Notes under the pieces: model-generated
The model's input: the letters and a program-made list of their open reading frames with translations, nothing else
Told to the model about the DNA's origin: nothing
Databases searched by the model: none
Part shown: positions 1 to 12,366 of the stretch, in pieces
Layout: each line of letters begins with the position of its first letter
Position numbering within the stretch: the stretch's first letter is position 1
DNA from: Schizochytrium sp. TIO01
Lineage: Eukaryota; Protista; Bigyra: Labyrinthulomycetes
DNA: 64,000 nucleotides
Assembly: GCA_004764695.1 (NCBI GenBank)
Contig: SMSO01000014.1
Span: forward strand, 3,405,648 to 3,469,647
Reading direction: 5' to 3'
Position numbers and translations under genes: made by a program

Positions 1-430
1 GACGAGTGGAGAAGAAGCTGCTTGGATTGAGAATGGATGCACATGGTCGCTAGTTCTCCTCCTCAAAGTACTCTGCTTGTCACTCGGGTTGTCCCAAGTC
101 AGGAGAAGACTTCAAACCAATTCAAAAGCCAGAAAGATTGAACCCAGGAAACGGCGCGAAACCGGAGCATGGCCTCATTGTCAGTCTCAAGTACCTGCTG
201 AGAGCAGAGAGGCATCAAGGCTATGTATGTATGGCCCATTGTTTGAGCCATCTCTCACATCGGTGCAGTTTTTCTCGGTGCTTAGGACAGTAATTTCACA
301 AGAAAACCTAAACACTCGATTCCCCTTTTGGAAAACTAAGATAAAAAGAACGTGGCGGATTGAATGATCATCATCAGATAAATGTATTTTCCCCACTTTT
401 TAAATTAAAAATTAAAGTAAAGCTACCTCC

Positions 431-573
<143 letters not shown>

Positions 574-1103
574 TCATGACTCAAATAGCAATAATTCCAA
601 ATAGAAACGCCTCAAACTAATTTGTTGCGAAGGATCACACATATATGCAGCATCAAAAAGAGATTTAGGCCTCGCTCGTATTATGTTATGTGCATGGCCC
701 AGGTTAGGTACCTACTATCTCATGTTCTAGCTAGCCGCATATTCAGATACCGCTTTCTTCACAGGCGCTCCGCTCTCCGGTCCCAGACGTGCATAGCCCA
801 AGACCATGGACTCAGACGCAGCCAATGCACTCATTGCATGGCTGCGAGGGATGCATTGGACCTGCAATCAGTGCAACTGCTGCTCGCCGCTTTGCTTGCT
901 TGCTTGCTTGCTTGCATTTCTTCGATCCTCAGCGCAGGCAGTCAGTTTTTCCTTCATTTCGCTTCCTCCTCCTTGAACCTCAGTCTGCTAACCCCTTGCT
1001 ACGCGTCCTTAGGGGTCCCTCCCTCCCTCCCTATCTCTGAGATTTAAATATTCGTCCATAACCTTTCGAAAAGCGGACGCGGACGCGAGGGGAAAAAACC
1101 GAC

Positions 1104-1169
1104 CATTCATTGATTTTATTCATTCATTCATTATTCATTATTCATTCATTCATTCATTCATTCATTCAT
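1104..1169. repeat. (CATT)n microsatellite, imperfect
   Basis: Directly visible. Confidence 0.9.
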
Positions 1170-2223
1170 CGCTGTCGCTGTCGCTGTCTGCGCACAGAGA
1201 GACATTTGGCATGGGTGGGTAGACAGCTGGCCGGGTCCGCAGCTGAGGAGGCCTCTCTCTGTATCTGCACACCGTTATGCACAGGCGCCAGGAGCAGCGC
1301 CAGAGCCGTGCAGGGTTTCCCGCCTTGGGTGTCCTGGGCCCGAGTCGTTTGCCTGTCTTTCTGCCTCTGTGCGTGTGAGTCCTTTGTGCGTTCTTCTTTT
1401 CGTTCTTCTTTTCGTTCTTCTTCTTCTTCTTCCTCTGCTGAGTCTGGCGAGTTCCATGCACAATACCGCTGCGTTTACGCTGTGTTCCCAAGGATGGCCC
1501 AGCGGTCCCTTCTGTCTGTCTTTCTTTTTGTCTGTCTCTCTCTCTCTCCGGCCGTAGACCGATTGGCTTGTCTTCTTTCCTTCTTCGCGTCCTCTCGTAA
1601 AGTTTTAGGTGACGGGGGTTTACGGCCTCTGCTAAGCAGTGTTGTTTGTTTCCAGATTTGAGAAGGAGAGGAGAGAATATCTTTTTGAATGCCTCGTTGA
1701 GAGTTCAGTTAATTACTATGTGTCTTTCGTACCAAGAGATAAAGCAAGACAAGCAAAGGATTTAATTTAAATGCAATAAAAAAAAAGAGAAGAAAAAGAG
1801 AAAGTTGGTTCTCGCCGGGAGTTCTACTACCGTAAAAGAGGGAGGCGAAGTAAACGAGTTTCTTTTACTTCGCGCACCTTGGCGCCTTCACTTTCTATTG
1901 AGAGTGCAAAAGCAGATGTGATCTTGTGCATTGCGCTGTTTAGAGCGTTTTTCACATGAATAAATGGGAGGTAAGTATAGTAAATAAACCATGATCGTCC
2001 GTTCGTTCTGCCTGTTTCAAATCTAAAATCTACCTTGCTCCTGCAAGAATCCGCCTTTTCTCACGCCATCTCGGTCGAGACTTTCTTTCAACAGCAGCAT
2101 ACGGCCCGTCGTGCTGTGTCTCCGTAGCCTTTCCCAAGGAAAGCCTCAAGCAAAGCTCGTTTTGAGTGCTGGATAGCAAGCAGGGTTCTGGAGAACCACG
2201 TACCTTCTACGTTGAAGAGCCAT

Positions 2224-2313
2224 ACAAACAAACAAACAAACAAACAAACAAACAAACAAACAAACAAAGAAAAAAACAAACAAACAAACAAACAAACAAG
2301 AAAAAACAAAAAA
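2224..2313. repeat. (AAAC)n microsatellite
   Basis: Directly visible; explains the TNKQ/FVCL ORFs here. Confidence 0.95.
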
Positions 2314-3833
2314 GGCCACAAACTTGAGGAGAGAGAGGGTTTCATAAGTCCCAGAAGGAGTAGCCAAAGACGAGCTGCGGCCTGCCTGCTTAGGGCAGCA
2401 TGATCAGAAGAACGCTGCGACCAAGCACCCCTCCCTTCCTTGTCAAGCAAGGGCTGCTTTAAGAATGCATGGAGCTCATTCTTTATCGATTGAAAGGAAT
2501 TCGAGGAATCGAATCAACTGTTTGGCTTACGATCGCTACTTTTGCTGGTGCATTTCATTTCATTTCATTTCATTTCCCCCCGAAGTTTTTTCAAAAAAGA
2601 ACAAGAGGCGCCTTTTACTTCGACTGTTCAATCATGAGGTGCCGCCTCCTCATTCTCCAGCTGTGGACGGACCCAAGGAGGAGGGGAATTTGAACCTGAA
2701 GCGGTTTTCCGGCCTCTCAAAAGATGATCAAGAAATAAATACACCTACATACATACATCTACATACAAACATACAAACATACATACATCATCGATGGAAG
2801 ATCTCTGTCTCAGGCGCACAACAGAGGAAAAGGTGAAAGAAAGCTGATCGATCAACTTGCTTTGAAGGCGCACGCTTTCTCAGTCAGCTCTAGCCACAGC
2901 ATAGCTACCCCGTGTTATCGAAGCTGGAGTTTGCTCATTTGTGCAATAAATAAATTGGTGCACTTGTGGGACCGCGATGATAACGATGGGCACCTTTTAA
3001 AAATTGCAAAATCAAGCATAAAGGGATGTTCCCTTCGTACACATACGTAGAAGCGTGGAAATTGTTGGCCTCTTCGCCAGTTTGACAAGCCATGTCAAGT
3101 TTGGGCTGTGCTCATCCATTTAATATCATGCACGCATGGCACAGTTTGAGTCCATCGACAGAATGTGCCATTTAGAGCAACGATTTTCATGCTGTCTGCC
3201 GTCATCGTGCTTTTGCAGCAGCGCAGAATCTCTTGATCTCTCTCCGCAACTTCAAGCCTGCACTTTCTTTGAACTCTGTCATTGTAACCCTCTCTCCATC
3301 GGCAGTGGGCGTGAATAAGTTTCCACCATCACTGCCTAGCTAGGCAGAAGCAGCAGCAACCCTCTAACGCTGTTCTCGTGATCTAATTCCAATTCAAGTT
3401 CAAGTTCGAACTTGGTCGGCGACAGCTTCGTCGCATGCTCTTCCTGCCGCACGTGCTCCTTCTTTTCAACAATCGCTATTTTCTGGTTGCTTGATTTTCT
3501 TTCCATCATTTGTTTGTTTGTTTTTATTTTCCCATTCAAGAAGATCGTCGCCATTACTAACTTAGTTAGTTACTTAGCCGCCCACTTTTCTCTCTCTCTC
3601 TCTCTCTCTCTTTTTCTTCCTTTTCTTCCTCCCTCTTGTTGGCTGTTTATCTCTCTCTAGAGAAAGAAAGAAAAGCTTTGACCAGAAAGAATGAAGGTAC
3701 CACTCGAGTCCGTAGGAACGCAGTAGCGCTGGCTAGTACTGCCGCTGGGAAGAAAGCGGCGCTGAGGATAGCAGAGACACTCTTTTCCCTGCTGCTTCTC
3801 TCTTCCTTGAAACATTCGAAGGCCTCGATGCGC

Positions 3834-3882
3834 ATTCATTCTTTCATTCATTCATTCATTCATTCACTCATTCATTTATTCA
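3834..3882. repeat. (CATT)n microsatellite, imperfect
   Basis: Directly visible. Confidence 0.85.
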
Positions 3883-4141
3883 TAGGCTGCATAGCGACGT
3901 GTTAACAGACAGACTCACAGACAGACACACAGAAACAGAGAGAGATACCAAGTCGAAGCTGGCTCGCTGCGACTGGCTGCCGCTACTACCCTGCCGCGGT
4001 GGCGCTCGCTACCTTGGCGCCCGCCATTGCAGCCACGGAGCTCGCAGCGCAGAGCGAGCACTGGAGGAGGAGGAGGAGGAGGCGCCGCGACGAGGTTGAA
4101 GTTGGCGCTTTCCTCGACCCGGTCAATCGATGCTTTCATGA

Positions 4142-4176
<35 letters not shown>

Positions 4177-5238
4177 TTTTGATCCAAGCAAGTTCTCATC
4201 GTACACGTGGTGGATTGCTCTTGACCATGGGACATGCATGTTCTGGCTGCTCAGGAAGAGAAGAGCAGCACGGTGCTGCGTGGCTCTTCACGTGCTTGCT
4301 TGAAGACCCGTCGAGCTATCAACCGCATTTCTCGTCCAAAGCTTAAGCTTTGGCCTCAGTTTTGGCCTCAATCTAAGAGCCTCGCATATGATTACATATC
4401 ATTTCTTCTTCTTCTTCTTCTCTTTTTTTTTCTTTCTTTTTTTTTCCCATGGGCTTTTGCATTGATTGTCTGTCTCGTGTTCTTGTGAGGGAGGGAGTAG
4501 GTAGCCAGCCATCCAACCTTTGCAGTTCATCAGTCAAGTCAGCCGCCTCGAGAACAAATGCATGTCATTCTTCCGCGGCACCGAAGAAGGCGGGTGACCC
4601 GTTGGCTGCTGCGAAAACTACGCCATTCCCCAAAGCCCATGCGCCAATCCACTCTTCGATCCTTCCATCCGTCCACCCATTTGTCGGGAAAGGACCAAAC
4701 AAGCAAACAGCTAAACAGCTAAACAGCTAAACAAACAAACAAACGAATAGCGACTATCTTAGTCTGCGGTCGATTTTTCCCCTCGCCTCCGGTGTGTGTT
4801 CTGTTCATCGGCGCGTTCTTTCTTCTCTCTCGCCAGCCGACTGATTGATTGAACTGCATTTGTGCTGCATCGAAAGAAGAAGCAGTACTATCTATCTATC
4901 TATGGATGAACTTGTGAACGCTGCTGTTATTTCCTGAACTACACTCCCAGCAGGAAGATACATATAGATAATATAGATGGATAGATAGATACATCCATAC
5001 CTGATGATCCACCGCCTCGAAGTCTCCAGAGACTGACGGCGGCGGTGCTGGTTTTGGCGCACGCCTTGGTCCGGTTCTCAGAAGACGGATAGCAGCGTCA
5101 GGCAGGCAGGGAAATGACGCATTCCGAGGCCGCCCACCCACCAGCCTCGCAGTGAGGCAGACTTTAGACTTCGCGTACAAGAGAGAGCCTCGCCAGCTTT
5201 GCCCAGCTAGCGAGTTCAAGAAACAAGAACTTCAACTC

Positions 5239-5295
<57 letters not shown>
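5239..5295. repeat. (GCTT)14 microsatellite
   Basis: Directly visible. Confidence 0.95.
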
Positions 5296-5296
<1 letters not shown>

Positions 5297-5385
5297 TGAT
5301 TCATACGCAGTTAAAACTTACTAGATATGCGGTGCCTCTGAGGAGCAAGTGCCTACTCTACTTTAGAAATAGATTTATAAATAAA

Positions 5386-5487
5386 TGAGTGAGGGAGTGA
5401 GAAAACATAACATGAGTGAGAGAGAGAGAGAGAGAGAATGAGTGAGTGAGGGAGTGAGTGAGTGAGGGAGTGAGTGAGACTGAGTGA
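5386..5487. repeat. (GAGT)n/(GA)n compound repeat
   Basis: Directly visible. Confidence 0.85.
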
Positions 5488-7229
5488 ACAGTGCGGTGCT
5501 CGAGTTGGCTGTAAAAGCACGATCAGAAGAAGGTACTTTTACTTTCCGAGCACGCTGCTGTCGTCAATCTATGGCATGGTACAAATAATCAAAGGCACCA
5601 GAGAAACCAATCAAAGGAAGGGAGGAGCAGGCAAGCAAGCAAGCAAAAGCAGGCGAGTCGGAAGGAAGTTTGAGGTTTCTGAGAACTACAGCTCACGGGA
5701 AAAACAGGTAAAGCCAACGGGATCTGACTGAGTGCGGATGGTAAATGCGATCGATGGATATGGCTCGGCTTACGCTCGGATCGCGGGAGCTTTAGCGAAC
5801 CGATCATCCATCGCACACTCTGTGGACTGCTTCACCGCCGGTACGGCCCCCTCGGTTTGCTTTGCTTTAGCTTCGTTCGTTTCGCCTCTCCGCATTTCAC
5901 CTCTCGAGCAATGAATGAATGAATGAGTCATTCGTTCGTTTGAAAACGCGTTCTGTTTCCTTCTTCCTTCCCAAGATAAAACAAAATCGGTTTACACATT
6001 CTTTCATTCAGTCATTCAGAAAGAAGAACAGGGCAAAACAAGAGCAAGAACAAGAACAAGAATAGCCGCAGAAGAGGCTGGACCCAACCAGCACTGAGAT
6101 TGCTCAGCTCAGCGGAGCCTGCCCCAGTCACTCAGAACTGCTGCCTCCGCTGGTCGCAACTACCTACCCATTGGGCAGCAGCATCCACCAGGAAAACCGA
6201 GGCAAGCCTTTGGAGACAGGCCGTTAGGCAGGCAGGCAGTCAGAGAAAGGCTGAGGGGCGGGCTGAGGGAAGACGAGAAGGGACCCGAGGAGGCAAAGGC
6301 AGGCAGATAGAGAAGAAGGACGTGACACCTGAAGGCTGAGGCCGAATAATGTTGCCACGGCGACGTCTTTAAAGTTAAAAAAGTTATTTTTGAAGTAGAT
6401 CGATTTTTTCTTTTCTTCTTTTGATTTCAATTCAATTCTCAATTCAATTCTATTCTATTTTAATCTTTCCCCATGGAAAAAATGCTGCGTACCTGCTATT
6501 ATGTCCAAATAGGAACTTTCAACAAAAGAATAAACAGAAAAAGAAAATCAAAAGGTGGGTTTGATTGCTTTTTAATCATACCTTTACAAACTTGAAAGAA
6601 AAGAAAATAGAAACACTAATTGTAACCTAAAAACCAAAAAACTACGTACATAATCTCTTTCTTGCAAAAACTCTAGCTAGAGAAATAATAGAGCTTCTTT
6701 CAAAATCTCCGTTAAAACTCACCTTTAACTGTCGCTTCTGTGTACTAGAGGAACAAAAGACCCCTGCAAAAGAGAGTGCGAAACCTCATTTCCTTTATTT
6801 TCCTTTGTTTTGTTTCTCTAATTTCAATGAGAAACAAAATCCAACAAAGCATGAGGACAGGGAAGCCGCTAGTTATTAATCGCAATTAAGTGATGAGACA
6901 GAGTCGTCGCAAGAGGCGGTCGCGGGGAAGCAACTCAGGTAGAAGTAGCAGTAGCAGCCGTAGGGGGGAAGAGCCTGCCTGAGCAAAGCAGGGCCTTCTT
7001 CAAGGTAGTTAGTTAGTTACAGAACCACTCGCAAGAGTAAAACAGGCGCTGTAATTTGAAAAAACGATATGCGAAGAAGCCGCGGCTGGACTTCCTGCCT
7101 GCCTGGCTCTGCTCCGTTCCGTGCGTGTGTGCCCGAGAGGGAGGAGAAAGCGGGCGCAAGAGAGGGCTGGCTGGCTGGCTTCGGAAGTGCTTTTCACTCT
7201 GCACAGCCAGCAGATGAATGAAAAGAACG

Positions 7230-7299
7230 CTTCTTCTTCTTCTTCTTCTTCTTCTTCTTCTGTGTTCTTCAGTGTTCTTCAGTGTTCTTCAGTGTTCTT
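7230..7299. repeat. (CTT)10 followed by about 4 copies of the 10-mer GTGTTCTTCA
   Basis: Directly visible. Confidence 0.9.
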
Positions 7300-7619
7300 T
7301 CTTTCTTGGTCGATCCGCTTGCAGAGTTAAACTTTTAGAACAAAGAAACCCCTTTTTGCTTTGAATCATCATGGGGAGAGAAGAGAAGAAAGGAGAAGTT
7401 CTGACCGATGACCTTGTTTTTTTCTGTCCGCGCGTTAAATCGAAGAAGCGGAGAGGAGAGAGAGAGAGGGGGCGAAGGAGGGAGGGAGAGAGAGCCAAAC
7501 ACGCACCGGAAAGCCTGAGCGAGCTAGCTGCCTAACTGACCCACTGGCCGCCTGGCTGGCCCGGCCAATGGGAAATTCTGAGGAGGGCGACCAGCCAGAT
7601 GAAACAACCCGTTTCTTTC

Positions 7620-7758
7620 AAAGAAAAGAAAGAAAAGAGAGAAAAGAAAGAAAAGAGAGAAAACAAAGAAAACAAAGAAAACAAAAGAAAAGAAAAGAGA
7701 AAGAAAAGAGAGAAAAGAGAGAAAGAAAACAAAGGAAAACAAAACAAAAGAGAGAAAG
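7620..7758. repeat. Purine-rich (A/G) low-complexity tract
   Basis: AAAG/AAAAG/AAAAC units; source of the K/E/R-rich and F/S/L-rich ORFs. Confidence 0.9.
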
Positions 7759-10700
7759 CGCGTCAAACCTGCAGTTGGTTTGAATTACCGAGACTGCTTA
7801 ACATCTGCCTGATTATTGCACTGCTACACTATTCTGTAGCAAGATTACGTGCTTATTTAAAATCTGGCAACGACTTTACTAGTTTGAAAGGAAAATACTT
7901 AAGAACTGGTTTGAAAAACGATCAGAAGGTAAAAGAAGAAAAAGGTGAAGGAATCAAAGCAAACCCAACGATCTTCAAGTTCTTCGGCCTCTTCGCTTCT
8001 TTCCCGTACATAGCAGCGACTAGCAAAGAGCTGCGTTTGGTTATTGGAAGCGGTCTCTTTGCTGCAAAGGCAAGCGGCCTGAGAGATCTGAGCACGCAGG
8101 TTTCGTTGAGGCAAGAAGTAGCGACAGTTGTTTTTGTTTTTCAACTCTGGTTTTACACTGGAAACAAAGAGTGAGGTATAATTAGACTAGGCTATAATTT
8201 TAGTACCCTCAGGACAGGGGTGGCTCATTTTCAGAAGAAAAGACCCTAGGTCCTTTCCAGGTCTTTTCAAGCTTTAAAACAATTAACTATTATTGTTTTA
8301 AAGCTATATAAAGAAGAAAACAGATAAGAAAGAGGATGAATGAACCAGATGGTGTATATATGCAACGGTCCCACTCAAAGAAACGTTGATTCCCCCCAAG
8401 CCAGAATTGCCACGTCGATGCATACAACGAGTCAGTCCGTAAACCTTTAGGTCTAATATCTTCAACGTCAAGTTAGTTTACGAGTTTCTGAAAAACTACT
8501 GAAGAAGCGCCCCAAGAGACGACAAGTGTACGCATGATTGCCTGTGTCTTGTTTTTTCATTTTTATACAACAAAGTAGAGCATTTTCACTTGTGAAGTTG
8601 TTCTTCTATTTCGTTTTGTTTTGTTTTGTTTTGTTAACCATCCGCAATCACCAATAACCAGCTCCCTGAGAAAAAAATACCTCGTAAAACATGTAATTTT
8701 GCAACCATTTAAGACGAAAAGAAAAACCTCTGTAATCAACCAAGCGTTGAAAGTTTTTATGATTAAACAAAAAAGCAAAGAGAAGAAAAATAATTGAAAT
8801 GTGGTATTAGTGGGACCGCGCCTAGAGTACCTCCGGTTACTCATGCCTTTTCTCTAGGGAGACAGACACGTTTAACTTAAAAATCGATTTTCAAAACTTA
8901 GGAGAGATAATTGTAAGCTGAAACAAGATGATCTTTTTCATTGGCGACATAAAAAAACGTTTTTCAATACAGGAAAGCTGCAGATGTCGGTCGCTTTATA
9001 GTAACTATGGTTCAAAAATAAAAGCATTTATAGAAAACCAAAGTAATAGAGAGGTTACTTTTAACGATTTCGCGTCATTCGGCACATATTTTCAAAAGTT
9101 AGTAATTTTCTCAGATCTGCAGAGATGTAAATTCACAACTGGTGGTGCTAATAAATACAGAAAAAAAAAAAAACGGACCCACCTCTTAATGCAACAACTA
9201 ATTGGATTTTAAGTAGCATCTAAATTTATGTGAAGGTAATAATAGACTACGACACTATTTGGAAGAGGTGATCAGGTAGCCGTAGCCACTACTACTATTT
9301 CAGACCATCGCGCGAAATAAATTGAAATGAAAAATGAAAAATGCTGGTTGGGATTTAATTAAAAAGATGAAGAAGAAGAAGGAGAGAGAAAAAAACTGAT
9401 TCACTTCTTTGCGCAAGCTAAGAGGTGCGTCTGTTTTGATTCTTTCTAACTAGAGTAACAATGAAACATCTGCATATATTTCATAAAGAGCTGCATTGGG
9501 CCCTTAGGAGCACTACAGGATGTGACTTCTTTCACTTATGCTTCTGAGACTCACTTCCGAGGAGGAAATCGGACCTGTAATTTCCGTCTTTTCTCAACTT
9601 GACACTTTCGACTTTCTCTTAAATTTATTATTTCATTTTTGAAAAGTAAACAATGACAGACTAATAAAAACTCTACCTTTTGAAACTTATTTTAGCTGCT
9701 GCATAGAATATATTGTGGTGAGTTTTTATCTTTTAATTGAGCTCAACATAAGGTCTTCCTTTCTATTCTTTTCCCAAAACAATAATATCGATCTGCAGAG
9801 AGTGCCTAAAAGCATCATTGCTCGCCCTCGTTGGACGTAGTCGGGAGCTTAGTAAGCCTGGGGCGTAGCCTGTCTGCTTTATCTGCCTCAGAGAGAGGCT
9901 TTTGAAGGGTTGAAGTGTGTAAACTTGCGGAGAGATGGCTCGATGTTGTTGCTTGATCTGACTCGAGTTAGCTACCAAAACCACCGCGTAGTTTTGATTT
10001 TTTATTTACCTCCCAAGAATAGCGTGCTAGGTGTATAGATAGGTGTATAACTAGGGAAATGGGAAATCCATTGACCTTTAATGCATTCTTTTAGTTTGCT
10101 TTGTTTTAAGTATACTTTGGTCTCGCTCCTTGGCTGCGAGAAAAAGAAAATAGAGGATTCGTGCATTCTGTCTCTGCTGTGCCGGTTTTCCATCATACAT
10201 TCGGACCCAAGGCATCTCTGTTCTACCTGCACGTAAGCAGGCGATCCAATAAAATTTCTTTTGAATAGCTTATAGAGGTACTTTAGATCAGATTGGAAAC
10301 TTTCAATCGATCCTTTGAGTGCCTCAGCATTAGAATGACACGAGGCAGGAAACAAACAATTAGACGAATATCTTCTTTCTCTTCAAAATTACTTTCCTTG
10401 TTTTTTTTATTTCTTTTTGGAGGAAAGCACTGCAGAAACTACAAAGAAAGCAGTCGCTTCGTCTCTCTACCAAGCGTCTCACTCGAGGGATTCACACGTG
10501 TGCGCTTAAGCATAAATTTCTGTCATTTCACAACCCAAGCTCCAAGTCAAAAGCTCCACGGGCTACTATTTGGTTGAAGGGTTGACTGCCAGTATGCCTA
10601 GGTTTGCTCGACATTGGGGGCGGTCACAAGTTTGAAAGTACTACTGGCTATGGGCTGAAAATATCAATCAATTGAACGATGCAGTGGGTTGGGTTGGCCA

Positions 10701-11274
10701 AAGCTTTCTGCTTCCTTTACATTATCTTCAAATAAAATAAAAGTTCTTTTGGAAAGAAGCCTCATTTGTAATTTAAGGTTTGCACCAAAAAGAAGCACCA
10801 GTAGGTATCCTTCAAAAGCGTAATAACAAAAAGAAAAATGGTATCTCCTCGAACCACCCGCTCCGGACTCCGGGCCCAATCTTTTGCAAATTATTTATTT
10901 ATTTATTTATTCATTCATTTATTTATTTATAGCTGTTTTATGCCTCATCTTTTAATTTTAAATTTTTAAATAGGTTTTACAAGTCGTTCGAACAGACTTC
11001 TCGGACTGCCACGTGTTCGGCTCAATCGTGGCTTGCTTGCTCTAGTTGGTCAGAGGCGGTGGCGAAGTGTAGCATTTCCAGTGAAAAGCACACGATCTTG
11101 AATGAATCTTCTTTGCTGATTTTATAGTTATTGGTATCTTTCAAAAATTTATTACCATGCAGTAACTATAATTCCAAACAAACAGACGAAGAATCAAATA
11201 CATACATCAAATTTTGCTCTTGACTTAGTTGGTTTCTTCTCTGCACCTTCAGAGTCGAGTGTGTACGAGTGTGT

Positions 11275-11310
11275 ATCAATCAACCAATCATTCAATCAAT
11301 CAATCAATCA

Positions 11311-11387
<77 letters not shown>
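11275..11387. repeat. (ATCA)n microsatellite
   Basis: Directly visible; source of the INQS ORFs. Confidence 0.95.
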
Positions 11388-12292
11388 GCATATAATGCTG
11401 TTTGGTTGTCTATTGCGAACGTCCATCTACGGAATGCGAGAGAGGAAAGAGGCAAGAGCGCGTTCGACCCTCAAGGAGTCCAAGCTCGTCTTTTCTTTTC
11501 AGAAACTTGAAGCCGAGTGACTGCCTGACTGACTGACTGCCTGACTTGACTGGTTTACTTACGACGCATCGAGCGGGGCCATCTTGTGATCTGGAACGAA
11601 TCGGCGCGGGAATCTGCAGCAAGCAGCAGAGTAAGCAGCAGAAGAAAAAGGAAACTCGAGTGGTGCAGAACTCGAGCGTGGCTGGAGGCCTCCTCGTGCC
11701 ATCCACGATCTTGCGATGGTGTTGGGGACCTACCATATCGAAATTGTTTGGTTCACTTTACTTTACTCACTCGCTCGCACCAGTCAATTCCGTCCAATCC
11801 ATTCTTTCACTTTGGCGAAAACTACACCGTGGGCGCAGGCTTACTTCTTTTATTTTAATAAGTGCGTAGAGATGGCTTCGCTCGCTTCTCGAAGGGGGTT
11901 CTGCTTCCAGGTCTCGATGACATAAGGCAATCAATATCAGTGGCGACGACCTCATTCGAAGAGTTTCCACGCCAACTTTCATGATTCAAGTGTTCAACTA
12001 TGCACAGGCTTGTTTGTACCTACTATCCAAAGAAGTAGCGCTGTAGCTAGCTAGCTACCTGGATACCTAGCACGTACGGAGGGAAGGAAGAACTCGGTGA
12101 AAAGCAGGGAATTATGCTTGCTTGTGCCAGGAAGCATCACAATTTTGCTCTTACGGAAGCTGCTGAAAGACTCAAGGGTCACTGGCGCCTTCGCATTGTC
12201 TGAATGACTTGGTCCATTGGCGAGTCGGACCTTTGTTTCTCCAAGAAGCTCTAACTGAAAACGCGTGCCCTCGTTCGATCATCACACCTACC

Positions 12293-12366
12293 CATTCATT
12301 CATTCATTCATTCATTCATTCATTCATTCATTCATTCATTCATTCATTCATTCATTCATTCATTCA
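12293..12366. repeat. (CATT)18 perfect microsatellite
   Basis: Directly visible. Confidence 0.95.
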
